Source: the human T2T-CHM13v2.0 reference genome, Homo sapiens. Taken from it: 64,000 nt of DNA. The first letter of the stretch is position 1. Every line of letters begins with the position of its first letter. The stretch lies in the NCBI RefSeq assembly GCF_009914755.1, contig NC_060926.1. One strand, 5' to 3'. Below, piece by piece: positions 13,213-27,561 of this stretch. The position numbers and the translations under genes were made by a program. A model generated the notes under the pieces. That model made no database searches, was not told where the DNA came from, and saw nothing but the letters and a program-made list of their open reading frames with translations.

Positions 13213-13351
13213 TTTTATTCCTCAAACCTCTGCATATGCCAGTCCCTTGTTTTGTATCACCGGATCTTATCAGGTTGCTTCTTATAAGAAAAGCTCAGCT
13301 AGACTCCTAATTAGACTAGATATCCTCCTTTTTGCTCCCACTTTGCATTTC

Positions 13352-14672
<1,321 letters not shown>

Positions 14673-15285
14673 TTAGAATGCCTAATTTTTTTTTTTTTTT
14701 TTGTGGCCAGAGAGTAGAAAGAACCCAGCTTCCCTTTCCTCTGCTGTGCACCCTTTCCTCAGGCTGGGATTAAAAGCAGAGAAACCCTTGGCATCCTCTT
14801 CTGTCATAAACCTGCTCACCACCAGGGTTAACCTGAAGTCATCCGGCAGCATTAGATTCCTCTGGAGCTTCCTTCCCCTGGTCTGGGAAGCTCCTCGCTA
14901 CATACCCGAAATCTCTCTGCTTGCTCTCTCTTGCCTCAGCTGTATTCTCATCATTCTGCAGCTCAGTGGTGTAGAAACAGCAGAAAGAGTGAGAACAGCT
15001 GGAAGAGGAGCTTTCTGACACCAGTGGGGTAGGGACTGGCTGGGTTATTTTTTTCTAGTTCTGTTTTTGTTTTCTTAAGAAAAACGGTCTCTCGCTTTCC
15101 CTCCTTCCAAGCCTACACACCAGGTCTTTGGGTTGATTTTTGTCTTTATTCCTCCCATCTTCCTGTGTAGTCATTTTTGCCCTCACCTTGAGATCCTTGA
15201 GTTTATTGCCAGAAGGAATTTGGCTTTGCCTGCTGGGTGGGCTGTCTTCAAGGATGCCTGCAATCCAGAGGCTGACTGGGGACCC

Positions 15286-15789
15286 TGTGTTAGTCAGGGT
15301 TCTCCAGAGAGAGAGAGAACCAATAGGATAGACAGAGAGACATATAAAATGATATTAGTTATAGGAATTGGCTCAGGCAATTATAGAGGCTGCAAAGTTG
15401 CACAGTCTGCTGTCTGAAGACTGGAGACCCAGGAAAGCCAGTGGCATAATTCAGTCTGAGCCTGAATGCCCAAGAACCAGGGTGGCTGATGGTGTAATTC
15501 CCACTCCAAAACCAAAGGCCTGAGAACCAGGAGCTCTGATGTCTGAGGTCAGAAACAGATGTATGTCCCAGCTCAAGAAGAGAGAGAAAGAGAGCACGTT
15601 CACCCTTCTTCTATCTTTTTGTTCACTTCAGGCCCACCTTGGTGAGGGCAGACCTTCTTTACTCAGTCTACCCAATTCAAATGCTAATCTCTTCTGGGAA
15701 GACCCTACAGACACACCCAGAAATAATGTTTTACCAGCTGTTTGGGCATACTTTAATCCTGATGAGTTGACATACAGTTGTCCATCACA
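15286..15789 (-). mobile_element. MLT2B-type solo LTR (ERVL)
   Basis: tgtgttagtcagggttctccagaga...acagacacacccagaaataatgttttaccagct...gttgacatacagttgtccatcaca; TG...CA termini. Confidence 0.85.
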
Positions 15790-16045
15790 GGGCCTGGGCA
15801 GTGCAATCCCTGTATGCATTCCAGGCCATCTTATTCTGTGTAATGCAAGTTAAAAAAGATTTTGGGGACACAAAGTAGTATCTGCACTTTCTTCCTTATG
15901 TGATTAGGAGCTTCAGATGGGCAGACAAGCTCCATTCATTAATTTATTCCACCAATACCTCTTCAGTGCCTACTTTGTGCCACAACAAATGTCTTCAAAT
16001 GCAGCTCTGTGTATGATTACTCAGGAGATATCAACTCAAGCTTAT

Positions 16046-16421
16046 TGTAATTAGTCTGTTCTCATGCTGCTATGAAGAAATACCCAAGACTTGTTATTTA
16101 TTAAAAAAAAAAAAAAGAGGTTGAATTGACTCATAGCTCTGCATGATTGGGGAGGCTTCAGGAAATTTAAAATCATGGTAGAAGGGGAAGGAAACACGTT
16201 CTTCTTCACATGGTGGCAGGAGAGAGAAGTGCTGAGCAAAGGGGAAAAGCCCGTTATAACCATCATCTCAGGAGAACTCACTCACTGTCAGGAGAACAGC
16301 ATAAGGGTAACTCTCCCATGATTCAATTACCCCCCCACAAGGTCCCTCTCATGACACATCGAGTTTATGGGAACTACAATTCAAGATAAGATTTGGGTGA
16401 AGGCACAGCCAAACCATATCA
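16046..16421 (-). mobile_element. THE1C-like solo LTR (ERVL-MaLR)
   Basis: tgtaattagtctgttctcatgctgctatgaagaaatacc...cacagccaaaccatatca; 5-bp TSD cttat/cctat. Confidence 0.9.
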
Positions 16422-16577
16422 CCTATAATCTGCTGTCATGTGCATGATATGGTGGGGTGTGACCCAACTTACAGCAACCTGATAGCCAGCCTGGAAAATG
16501 CCAGGACTGAACTTTGGCCTTCCTACCAGAAGGGACCAGGTGCTAGGAAGTACAGGTTGGTGGGTAAAATATGGCAT

Positions 16578-16635
16578 CAGAAGAACAAGGTAACAGAGAA
16601 CAAGGTAACAAGGTAACAGAAGAACAAGGTAACAG
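16578..16635. repeat. Short minisatellite, 4 copies of an AACAAGGTAACA core
   Basis: cagaagaacaaggtaacagagaacaaggtaacaaggtaacagaagaacaaggtaacag. Confidence 0.85.
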
Positions 16636-18429
16636 TTATGGCAAGATGTCAGGTGGAGGAGGCCCCACAATCCAGGGAAGTCTGTTAGCAACTCAAGCCT
16701 TAGCTGTAGACCAGGTCAGGAGCAGGAACTTTCCTGAGAGGAAGAAGAGAAGCCCACAGAGGAGGGCAGGAGGGCAGCCCTAGAGGGCCTGGGAACAACT
16801 CAGGTTTTAGGCTGAGGCTTGGGTGTAAGGATCAAGACAGAGGCTGTTACCTGGTTTATGGCAAAAGAAGGGGCTGGGTCTCAGAAACAAGAAAAATGTC
16901 CTCCCTTGGCAAAACAGGAACAAAAGTTGGGAGCCACAGAAGCAGCAAGTGATTGCAAGTAATCAAAATCTGAAGTTAAAATTGCTTAAAGTCTACTTTT
17001 CCAAAATCAGAATTGTTCCTTTGGGTTCCATGAAGCTGAGCCTGCATGTGTGGATTAAGCGGCTTTAGTAGGGGGCCTGGTGGGATGGGTGGGTGCTGGA
17101 CAGAGCCTACCATCGCTATCAACCCCTGTGGGTTTTTGTGATCACAGATATTTGATGAGTGTTTCAGGCATTGAAAAGAATTTCTATTTGGTGAACCAAC
17201 CCAATCAGACTAGATTCTTGGAAAATCTATATGGCAACAACTTTAAAACTTCATCCAGACTGGAGAAGCAGATAGAAGGCACTGATTTTCTCTAGAAACG
17301 GGGGCTTGAGCTTGGTCCCTGGGGATGGAAGAAAACCCTGGAAGAAGCCATCAAAACCTGATATAAGCTGAGTTATGATACACAGTGGTGTTTGCCAACC
17401 TGTTGTGGAAACAGCTCTCCCTGGAAGGCCATGCAACGGTCTTTGCACAGCCAAGGGCTGGAGACCCACCATGGATGTGGCCCTGGAGATGAGTGAAGGG
17501 GAGATATTCCTGGCACAGGCCTTTAGGCCAAGCAGGCAAGGCCCTCAAGTAGTGATGGAGTGAAATGCCAGCAGGTGCTTCTCTCCTCTGAGCTTCTGGA
17601 TTCAGCGCATGACAAAGCCAGCTGTATCTCTGGTGTTACATGACTGTTACCAAGCTGTCAGGTACATGGAGCCATCTGAGCAGAAAGATCCATCTACGGT
17701 CGAGTGCAGGTGAAGCAGAAATGCTGGGTGCCCAGCACTAGCTAGAAGGGCTGGGTTGAAGACGTGGAGGAGGCATGTGGAGGGAGTATCTGCAGCTTCC
17801 TCTAACAGGAGAGAGGCCAACGGTGCAGGAGGAATCTCCACAGATTCAGGGGCCATCGACAGTGAGAGTGCTCCCCAGCATCTTCCCTGAGAGCAAGAAT
17901 TTGTGGCAGCGACTAATCTTCCTTTGCCCTGCCTTCTTTATCCCAGAAAAGCCATACAGCCAGCCCTGGGTTGAAAGAAGGTCTAAGCTATTACACACTC
18001 TCAGAACTTGGGTCAATATTTTTAAAGGTCCTGGAATAGAGATTTATAGGTGAGGCTTCCCTTTGGGGCTGTGATTACAACTTATCTGGCTTCTAAAGAT
18101 TCTAAAAATGTATCTTAAGTGTGCCATATACTTACCCACATTCTGGGACAAACAGCTCTACCAGGTAGACATCCTGGCCTAGCCCACAGCATGCTGATGG
18201 CTGGCTTCAGCAGCTCTGGGATTTGAAGGCAACAGACATCAGTGTAAAATTCTGGAAGGCAGCATCACTGTTCTTTATCCTCTCATGCTGGACTATCTTA
18301 GTGCTCCAGATTGGAAAGTTAATGCAATGTCAAAAGAAGCCTGGACTAGGAAAGGATAGTAAGGTAATAATTCTAAATGGCTGCCTATATCTTTTGACTT
18401 TTTAGAAGTATTAGGATAGCCAATCGCTC

Positions 18430-18560
18430 CACTTGAATATCACAATAATCTTATGGAAGTCAGTTCATTTTTATTATCTGAATCATCTCAATGAAGAAAC
18501 TGAGGCCCAGAGGGGTTAAGTGGCTTCCCTGAGTCCACACAGCTAAAACAGTCCAGGGCT
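18430..18560. mobile_element. MIR fragment
   Basis: atgaagaaactgaggcccagaggggttaagtggctt...cacacagct. Confidence 0.7.
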
Positions 18561-18849
18561 CTTTTGGCTCCCAAAATCAAGGGCATGTTTCAGATGCTTG
18601 ATGGGTTCGTTGGTTGTTCAAATTGTGCTTTGCATTCTCTCCTATGATCATTAAAAAGAGGCGAGCGTGGTTATTTGCCTCGTTGCAACATTGAAACCTT
18701 CATGTTGATTATCTCCAAGAATTTCGGTCTCTGGTTGCTTCAACCCAAGGATTTTGGTTCCTGGGTCTTTTCTTCACCCTTTCTCATTTCACTCACAGCT
18801 TTAATCCTAGGCAAGAACCTTAATTTTTATTTAGGCTTTTGCTTTATAT

Positions 18850-19065
18850 AAGGTACTGTAATTAGTTCCTTACTAATTTAAATCATTTATTCCTTATAAT
18901 AACCCTATGAAGGGAAAACTACTATCATCTCCACTTTACCAGTATTGTAAACCAAGGCCAGGAACATTAAGCAATTGTCCAAGACCACACAGCTAGGAAG
19001 TGGAAGACGTAAGAGTTGAACTTGAGTTGGTAGCCTTGAGAGTCTGCCATCTTAATCACTGTGCT
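18850..19065. mobile_element. MIR
   Basis: aatcatttattccttataataaccctatga...ccactttacc...gtccaagaccacacagctaggaagtgg...cttaatcactgtgct. Confidence 0.7.
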
Positions 19066-19088
19066 ATGTCACCTCTTTTAATCTAGAG

Positions 19089-19427
19089 CAGTGGTTCTCC
19101 AACCACAGTGAGCCTCATGAGGGTCCCTGGGGAGCTTGTTAAATCATGGCTTCCTCTCAGAGATTCTGATTCAGTAGGTTTGGGGCTGGGCCTGAGAATT
19201 TGCCTTTCTAATAAGTGATGATGCCCATGCTTTGAGAGCCACCAATCCGGGAGCTCCCAGTGTAGTCACTTGAGAATCAGCTGGGAGAGCTTTTGAATAA
19301 TGAAGACTCCAGGGCCCCATTCCTAGATATATTTTGATTCAACAGATTTTAGAGGAGGGTGTAGGAATCTGTAGCTTTACAAACTCTACTGGAGATTCCA
19401 GTGTGTAACTGGATACAGAGACTTCTG
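19089..19427. mobile_element. Adjacent MER5A and MER5B-like MITEs
   Basis: cagtggttctccaacc...agagattctgattcagtaggtttgggg...ttgagagccacc, then gagaatcagctgggagagcttttg...tttgattcaacagatt...ggaatctg. Confidence 0.7.
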
Positions 19428-19580
19428 AATTAATCTCCTCATGACTCAGTTTCTCATCTAGAAATGGAAAATTAACCTAAGAATTAATCTGTCTATACAA
19501 GACTGTTGACTAGTGCAAATGAGGAAACAGATGTAAATGTACTTTGCAAAGATAAAAGATCTATTTAGAAATAATTTTTT

Positions 19581-19866
19581 GGTCCACTCTGGTGGCTCAC
19601 ACTTGTAATCCCAGTACTTTAGGAGGCCAAGGTAGGAGGATCATTTGAGGACAGGAGTTTGAGAACAGCCTGGGCAAAATAACCAGATGCTATCTCTACA
19701 AAAAATAAAAAATTAGATAAGCATGGTGGTGTGTACCTCCCAGCTACTGGGGAGGCCGAGGTAGGAGGTTCCCTTGAGCTCAGGAGGTCAAGGTTGCAGT
19801 GGGCCATGATCGTACTACTGCATTCCAGCCTGAATGATACAGCAAGACCCTGTCTCAAAAAAAAAA
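19581..19866 (+). mobile_element. AluJ
   Basis: ggtggctcacacttgtaatcccag...aggagtttgag...ggaggtcaaggttgcagtg...agaccctgtctc, then poly-A; flanked by MIR pieces. Confidence 0.92.
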
Positions 19867-20659
19867 GAGAGGCAGTTTACTGTGGTTGCTAAGCAGTTTA
19901 CTGTGAGTTTTGGAGTAGGACCAGCCTGATTTGTGTTCCGACTCCTCCCTTTTCACCTTTAAATCCTAAAATGGAAATAATGATAGTCTTGTCATAGCAG
20001 TTGTGAGGATTAGGTGAAACAATTATTCTACTGTGTTTAGCACATAGTAAGTACTCAGTAGAGTATTATTTTATGTGTTTTATGCATTGTTTTTATTGTC
20101 CTTTCTTCCTTGCTGACAGCTGTATGTATACAGCTTGTGTGATTAATGCACCTTAATAGGCCTCTTCCTCTCTTCTTAAGGGCCCATCTGTTCCTTGGGT
20201 GAGTCCAGCTTTCTTTATTTGCCTTCTTATATGCTGGCCAATTCTCTTTTAAACATCTGTACACATCCATGTAGTCTATGACCTTAGAGTCTTATTCTTT
20301 ATTTTGCTTGTCTAATTTTGGATAAAATGGTAAAGAACAATAGCTAACATTTGTGTCTCTGTTTAGAGTTTTACAAAACACTTTAATATACGTTGTCTTA
20401 TTGGATACCAAGGAATAAAATGATGATGATGATGATAACGATAATGACTATAAATGATCATTGCTTTTTACAAGTGGGACAAACAAATCATACAGAGAAA
20501 AAGTTATTGCATTATATCCCCAAAATGTAAGTGTTAGAGACAGGACTCGTCCTGTCTATGCTCCAATCCTATACTAGACTAAAGAGAGAAATATTTCATC
20601 TGTTGTATGTTTTTTCTTTAGATGCATATTGGCTTTTTACCCCTACTCATCTCCCCTCA

Positions 20660-21140
20660 AAAAAGTACTGTTGAAATTTTTAGTTTGAATTCCAGTAAGC
20701 TGATTAATTAATTTTTGCAATATTAAAACTTTCTACCCAAGAACATAGTTTGCCCCACCAGTTCCCATCTTCTATATCCTTTGGTCAAGCTCTGCAGTTT
20801 TCTTTATGTGTGGTATACATATTTCTTATTAAGCTTATTTTAGGTATTCTATACTTTTACATTAATTTGGATGAGCTCATTTTTTTCTTTTTTTTCTAGT
20901 TGATTATTGCTGACATTTAGGACATCTATTTATCTTATAAATCTGTTGATTTTGATTACTATTTTATAGTAGTTACTCCAGCTAAACTTGGTTAGAAGTA
21001 ATCATTTTTTTCAGTAAATAATCTTCTTGGGTTTTAAAAGCAGAAAAAATATATAATTATCAATGATAATTGATAATTGATAATTTTTTATTCTTTCCAA
21101 CAAATTAATGTAAACTATTTTTTGTTAATATTGCTTTGGC
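20660..21140 (-). mobile_element. Ancient L1M/L1ME ORF2 fragment
   Basis: ttctacccaagaacatag...gcagttttcttt...ttattaagcttattttaggtatt; T-rich antisense L1 signature. Confidence 0.5.
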
Positions 21141-21456
21141 ATGGATACTTTTGTAGAATTAGAGACAGTGAGGAAGTTGGCTTAGGTTTACTCTTTATTG
21201 TCACGACTAAATATGCTCTGAAGATTAAGCCACTTGAATAAAGTTAAGCTTCATCTCCTGTGACTATCTCTAGAATAAGAACTTTTGAAAGGTTTGCTTG
21301 CTTTGATAGGTTTCTTAAAATATAGTTAGGTATATCCTTTAAGCTTGTTCAATATTAAATAGGAAACAAAGAGGATGCAATTTTCACATTTAAGTAGCCA
21401 GTCGTTCACTGGCTTGATTGCAAGAAAGCAAGCAAAATTATTTCTGGAGCGCCGAC

Positions 21457-21510
21457 ATAAAATTCACTGACTGAAATTAATTTACTAACTGAAAATAAAT
21501 TCACTGACAG
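21457..21510. repeat. 18-bp imperfect tandem repeat x3
   Basis: ataaaattcactgactga / aattaatttactaactga / aaataaattcactgacag. Confidence 0.7.
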
Positions 21511-22469
21511 TGAATATGATCAAGCTTACCTACGTTTTGCATTGATAATAATTGGTATGTTTTTTTTTGCAGCATAATAAAGTATCAAGCAATAGTACAT
21601 TTTTTCATAAAATATAAAGGGAATGACTGTGTTGCACTTTGTTTTCTGTGTTCCCTGGGACAGGACATATGATTGTCAAACAGAAATAATAATTATTTAT
21701 ATTGATAAATATTTAAATATTTAAAGTATAGAAAAGTAGAACTTTAAAACTTCAAAGAAGGTCAGAGTTTAAATAAGGAAACAGATCTAGAGATCTGAAA
21801 CAACCTATAGAATTCACCTATGCAGCAGTGGTTCTAGTTCTAGTTCTTCTAGTTCTAGAAAAGAACTAGAAGCCAGATTTCTTGACTCTACATTCATCTG
21901 TATTCAGACAATTTTAAAAACATGCCTGATAGATAATTACCGTTTGGTTTATTTAAAATACAATACAATACTTGCCATTTTGTTTATTTAAAATATGATT
22001 AATTGCATTAATGGTTACTGATGGTCCCCAGTCTTGCCAAATCATCATGACTTCAAATAGCCAGTACTTCATAGATCATTGTACTTTGGACGTACATTTG
22101 AAGTTTCCAGGGTCATTCTTCCAGGAGCAAACCTCAGCCCAGGTCCTGCCAGATCACATTTGTCTGCATCTACTCTATGGATGGAGAAGATGCAGGAAGA
22201 ATTGTCCCCATTGTTCTACACAGGGCAATGTACAATGGTGGAAGAGGAGCCATCTCTTCTTTTCAAGTCAAAATCAGAGAACCAGCTATTAGATAGGTTC
22301 ATCTTGCCTATCTTTCGTTGAAACACAATAGCATTACAAGGGTAATTATTAGTTATCTTTAGAAACTTCGAATTAAACTCTGAAAAACAAACCAAAGGTT
22401 TTTCATCTCTACCTTAGTAGATCAAACAGGGGCTGCCAGACCTATATTTTATTTAATAATCCTTATAGC

Positions 22470-22940
22470 TGACAGCGTTGGTTGGCTCAATCAATACCCA
22501 CTCCAATTTATTTAGCTGTTTCTTCCTACTATACACGTTGGAAAGCTAAAAACTACATTTCCCAGACTCCCTTACAGCTAGGATCTAGACAGAAAGCCTT
22601 GGTTCCACCAATTAGAGCCATCCCATTTGTGACTTGGAGAAATAAAAGCAAGTAGCTGTGCAAAGAAAAATGGGATCTTCTGGATAAGAAGATTTTTTTG
22701 TGAGACAGCAGTGGCAAAGCGCTTGGAGTCCAATCTCAAAGGTGATCAGTGCCCAGAGATGGGCAGTGGTATTTCACTATAACAGCCCTGGATTCCTGGA
22801 TGCTTTGGTTCTGCCTGTCTGATGAACAAACCTGGGTCTTTGATTATCCTAGAGAGTCTATGTTCTTCCTAATATCCTTTAATATTCCTTTCTGCTTAAA
22901 TTGTCCAGACTTGACTTCCTTATTGAACTAAGAGCAATAA
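22470..22940 (+). mobile_element. Old ERVL LTR (LTR33/LTR16 family)
   Basis: aactacatttcccagactcccttacagctagg core and 3' ttcctttctgcttaaatt...gaactaaga. Confidence 0.65.
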
Positions 22941-23044
22941 TTTATATAACCTTAGTACTTCTACTTATAATCATAGCTAATCATAACATTACAATGTATC
23001 TATGTAACATTTTTACATATACAAAATAGTAGTGACACTATTGT

Positions 23045-23415
23045 GATGTTTTAACCTACTATGTAACAGGTAGTTTTCTAAGCACTTTACACATATTAAC
23101 TTATCTAATCCTCCATTTTAATGATGAGGAAACACAAATGTGGAGAGGATAAGATGCCTGAGATCACAAAGCAAGCAAGAGAGGGAAGCTCAAATGTAAA
23201 CCTAGGCAATTCAGCTCTGTAACTCCCCGAGCTCTACTGCCTGACAATCTTATGAAAAAAGTATTATTATTATTATTACTATTTTATAGAAGCAGAGGTG
23301 AAGTACATTCAGAGACATTCAATGACAGGAGTAGTTCAGCTGTTAAGTGACAAGGCATAGTGGACCCAAGATCTCCAGAATCCACATCCAAGGGTCTTTC
23401 TGCTACATGCCACTG
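23045..23415. mobile_element. MIR fragments
   Basis: acctactatgtaacagg...ttctaagcactttacacatattaacttatctaatcctc...gatgaggaaac. Confidence 0.65.
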
Positions 23416-24937
23416 CTGGTCAGACTTTCACCCTATTGCTTATTTATCCATTCATTTATTCAGACTGTCCATTATTTATGCATCTCTCCATTCATTCAGC
23501 TGTATCTTTCTTTGAGAGTACTATGGCTTTTCCATTTGTGGAAGACTATGGAGTTTGCAGTCCCAGGGCCTCTTTCTGTAATATGCTGAGACCCACACCT
23601 CATTTCCTTTGGGGTCCTGTAGAGGTGTAGCATGGCCCATAAAAAACACCATCTCTGCTCATATCTCATGATTTTTGCAAATTAATCATCTAAGTAAAAT
23701 GGACCATTGCCTTTAAAAGTGTGCAATATAAAATGATAATAAATGCCAGGCTCAGGATCATAATGGAAAAACAACTGTTTGGGGTATTTTGCTATGGTAC
23801 AGTTCTCCAGCCTGAGTGCTTTTAAGTAGAGCGGGCTGGGTTTTTTTTTGCGGGGGGAGGTGCGGGTGGGTTCCACATTCAATGCCTTGAGTCTTCACAC
23901 ATGGCTGGGTGCAGAAAGAGAACTGCCTGTGAAGTCAGGAGGGGCTTAAATCCGAGTCCTGCCAATAGGCGTATCAATTAGACAGTGACCCAGAAATTCT
24001 TGGAAGAGTGATTTTGAGCTTCCTTCTATCTCCTTAAAGGCTCCTTTTCTTCCATAATTTCTTGGTAGAAAGCTGGAAGAGCTGGGATTTTTGCCAAGGA
24101 AGGTTTAGGAAAACAAAAGTTAACTGCTGTAGCTTTGAGAAATAAATTGCTCTGTGAGGCAAAGGAAAATTCAAAGATCTTGGGAGAAAAATGAAGCCAC
24201 AGTTTCAATTATAACTGTTACCAGGTTTAGACCCAACTTTAGGCCAAGTGTCATCCAGACAGATGTTCTTGCAATTTGGTTTCCATAATAAATGTTGTAC
24301 TTGTGAAAATATTTTAATGACATCTCGGCACTTTACTAGCCCTCAAATTCTAGGAGATTTTCCAGGTCAGGCGAGGACCATTTGCACCATCTCACCCAGT
24401 GACCTCTCTCATTCTGCTGGGGCTCATGGAGAACATTAAACTTGCAGATGCAATTATTGCATAATAAAGTATTGATTTCCTAAGAAACACTATAACATTT
24501 TCTTCTTCATAATTAGCATTTACAAGGAATGCATCCAAGAACTTTTATAAAGCGTTAAGCACCTATTGCCACTTGAATGAGACAGTACTTTAGTAAAAGA
24601 ATAAACAACATTAGAAAATAGCTTCAATTTGCAGAACTACAAATTAGATGCACATCACATATAAGGTTTCTTACAATGTCCTAGTTTAGATTTTAGAAGA
24701 GAGTTTTGATATATGATGTAAGCCATTCTGAAAATGTCATTTGAAGGCAAATCGAATATCTTCTCACAGCTGATACAGATGTTAGTTTTGCTTGGTGATG
24801 GGACAACTTACTGACTCTTCTCCTATGGACAGTTTTCACCCATTAAAGCATCAGAAGTAAGAACAATGTGCAATTATAAAATGAAAGTTTACTTAAAGTC
24901 AAAGAAATGTTCAAGTACAATTTAAAGATAATTTCTG

Positions 24938-25200
24938 AGCTGGGTTCAGTGGCTCATGCTTATTATCCCAGCACTTTGGGAAGCCAAGATAGAAGGATTG
25001 CTTGAGGTCATGAGGTCACTACTAGCCTGGGCATCATAGTGAGACCCCCATATCTATAAAAATTTTAAAAACCAACCATCTGTGGTGGTACATGCCTGCA
25101 GCTACTAGGGAAGCTGAGATGGGAGGATCACTGAGCTTAGGAGTTTGAGGTTACAGTGAGTTGCCACCACTATAGCTGAAGACACTGTCTCAAAAAAAAA
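24938..25200 (+). mobile_element. AluJ with a partly deleted right arm and a 14-bp TSD
   Basis: TSD aaagataatt(tc/tt)tg at 24924 and 25201; ggattgcttgagg and gagaccccca J-type features. Confidence 0.9.
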
Positions 25201-25664
25201 AAAGATAATTTTTGCTATGTAGAACTGAGGTTATTTAATACTCCAAGTGAACAAAGGCTATGATGACTTTGAATATCTTCAGGGGAGGAAAGAGAGGATT
25301 TATAAATAAGTTATCAATACAAGGTGGTTTTTTCACGTATTTCTGGTTTGCTCCTGGAAGTTAGAGGAGTGTTTTCATATCCTTTATATGTTCTGTTGAA
25401 GTTTTCTCCTGAACATGTTGACATTAGCTCTGGGGAAACTTTAGACACAAGGGCTACTAGATCTTACAAAATGGTATGCTACCTAACAGAGTTCCAGCCA
25501 ATCTGCACTCCATTTCCAGTCACACCACTGATGAGCTCTGCCACTTGAAAATATTCCTATCTTCAGCTCTGTGCTTCAACTCTGCTGACTGGGAAGCAAC
25601 TTGGCATTGGCCTTGAAATCAGAGAGGCATGGTATCACTTATTCTTTCTGTATCTCTCAGGAAG

Positions 25665-25965
25665 AGACATTCACTCACTCAATCAAAAGATATTGTTGAG
25701 TTCCTGCTATGTCCTCAGTACTATGTTGAAGGGAATGTGGAGGCAAGATTAGAAAGGAGATATAGCTCTTGTTCTCAGGTCACTGACAATGACAGTATGT
25801 CAAATACATGTGCACAATGACCAATCGTATGTAACTGTGCCAGTAGAGCTTTTGCCCATGTTGTTCTCTGTGCCTAGAAGGCCCTCCCTTTTTTCAACCA
25901 ACCAACTCTAATCATCTTTCAAGATGTAGCTAAAATCCTCTTCCTCCCAGGAAGCTTTCTCTAAA
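25665..25965. mobile_element. L2 fragments
   Basis: cattcactcactcaatcaaaagatattgttgagttcctgctatgt; tttgcccatgttgttctctgtgcctagaagg. Confidence 0.55.
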
Positions 25966-26129
25966 CTTAAAGTTCATAGCTTCAGTATTTTTCAGATTAT
26001 GTTAAAACTATCTTTTCATGGTTCTGGCTTAGTTATTAGAATCTGGTTCCTCCAAACAAGAATTAGTTATGTTACACTTCATATCCTAGGGCCTCTCTTT
26101 TTGCTCACTTTTCTCATCTCCTACTGGTC

Positions 26130-26275
26130 ATTCTAGTTGGCCAACCCCACCTGGAGGTCAGAACATAAGGGAGTCTCAGATGCCTTGTGTGGAAGTCACC
26201 ATCTGGAGCACAGAGCAGGGCAGAGGAAAACAGTGATTGGATCTGGGGAGGAGGAAATGGAGAATAATCAGCATA
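26130..26275. mobile_element. Ancient LTR end fragment, subfamily uncertain
   Basis: ttggccaaccccacctggaggtcaga...cacagagcagggcagag...ggatctgggg...aaatggagaataatcagca. Confidence 0.45.
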
Positions 26276-27561
26276 CAGCTCTCTGACCTGCCTGCCAAAT
26301 TACAAAATATATGTTCTCTGGGCAGATACAGTTTTAAGAATGAGTAACTTTGTTAATGTACCCAGCTAGGGAACAACATACTCAGCCTAGGGGCACATGA
26401 CTTTCTGAGCAGAGAGTAGGCTGGATTTCAAACCCTACTCACCTCCTAGGCTGGGTGCCTTGGTGTCAAGGTAAGCCTCACAATAGTATGCAGGAGTCCT
26501 GCCTATACCAATCCTGACCCTCCATATATGACTATTAGCATAGAAAGCATATGACCCCAAATATAGTTGTGATAGGAAGTTGGTAAAGTGGGTCTTCAAG
26601 GAATCCTTGAAATAACTGAGTTTTTGTCACTAGCAGAGTGAAATAACTTTGCTGTCTTGCCTCCATCTATTGAAGCTCATTTCCCCAGACAAGACTCTGC
26701 TGCCTTGGACTTCTCTGGAACCTGTGTGGCTCCTCAAATGATGGCCAAAATTCCTGCATACTGCCTGGGACCAGACCCTCTATTTCTACCACAGATCACA
26801 GCTCCAGGCACCTCCAGCCACTGCATGTGGATAGACATCAGGGAGGAGTCTTCATCTGTCCCTACTAGTTTTATACCTAAATCACATATAAATTTTCCAT
26901 AATCTGGGAATAAACAAATGCATCTTTCTTCTGCTATTATAGGGTCACTTGTTTAAGAGGTTTAAAGAGGGAGGAGCCAAGTTCACACGTACAGAATGAT
27001 CGTTTCCAATAGCTTTAAATTTTCAGTAATCTGCACAAACAAGACAGCCTTGCTGTTCCGGGAGTGACTGCATGCTTGCCTGTGTTCTCAGGCTCCCAAG
27101 CCCTTTGAAAGGTAGGAGTGTCCCTACCTCCCTACCTCTCTCTCTTTTTCTCACTGTTTCTGAAAGCTCTGTTCTTCGCTGGGCCCCTTTGGTATGCAGA
27201 ACTATCTGGCTGAATTTTATTCTTTGCCTCCTGCCCCCTGCAAAAAGCCCCTGAAAACCCAAAACATTAATTGGGTAGCTGCACTGTGGGCTATTTGCAA
27301 GAATATATATTTTGAGCATTATAATTACGCTTATTTAATTATGTATTCAACCCAGTGTGAATGCGTCTCTACCATATACCGAATACTGAGGTTACTGAAA
27401 TAAAAATCAAGATCTCTGCCCTCAGGAACACTCAAAAAAATACACCTTAAATTCCAGATCTTTGAGCTGAGGAGAATTTAAGAGTTCTACTAAGTTAGGC
27501 TCGCTCTTCTCAGCAGCTAGGCTGTTATCTCCACCTTATAAATGACCCATGGAAGGGTCAG

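Noticed and set aside
16578-16635. Short direct repeats as a CRISPR-like array (also 2022-2113 and 21457-21510)
   Set aside because: No unique spacers, no cas genes, primate DNA; these are simple tandem repeats.
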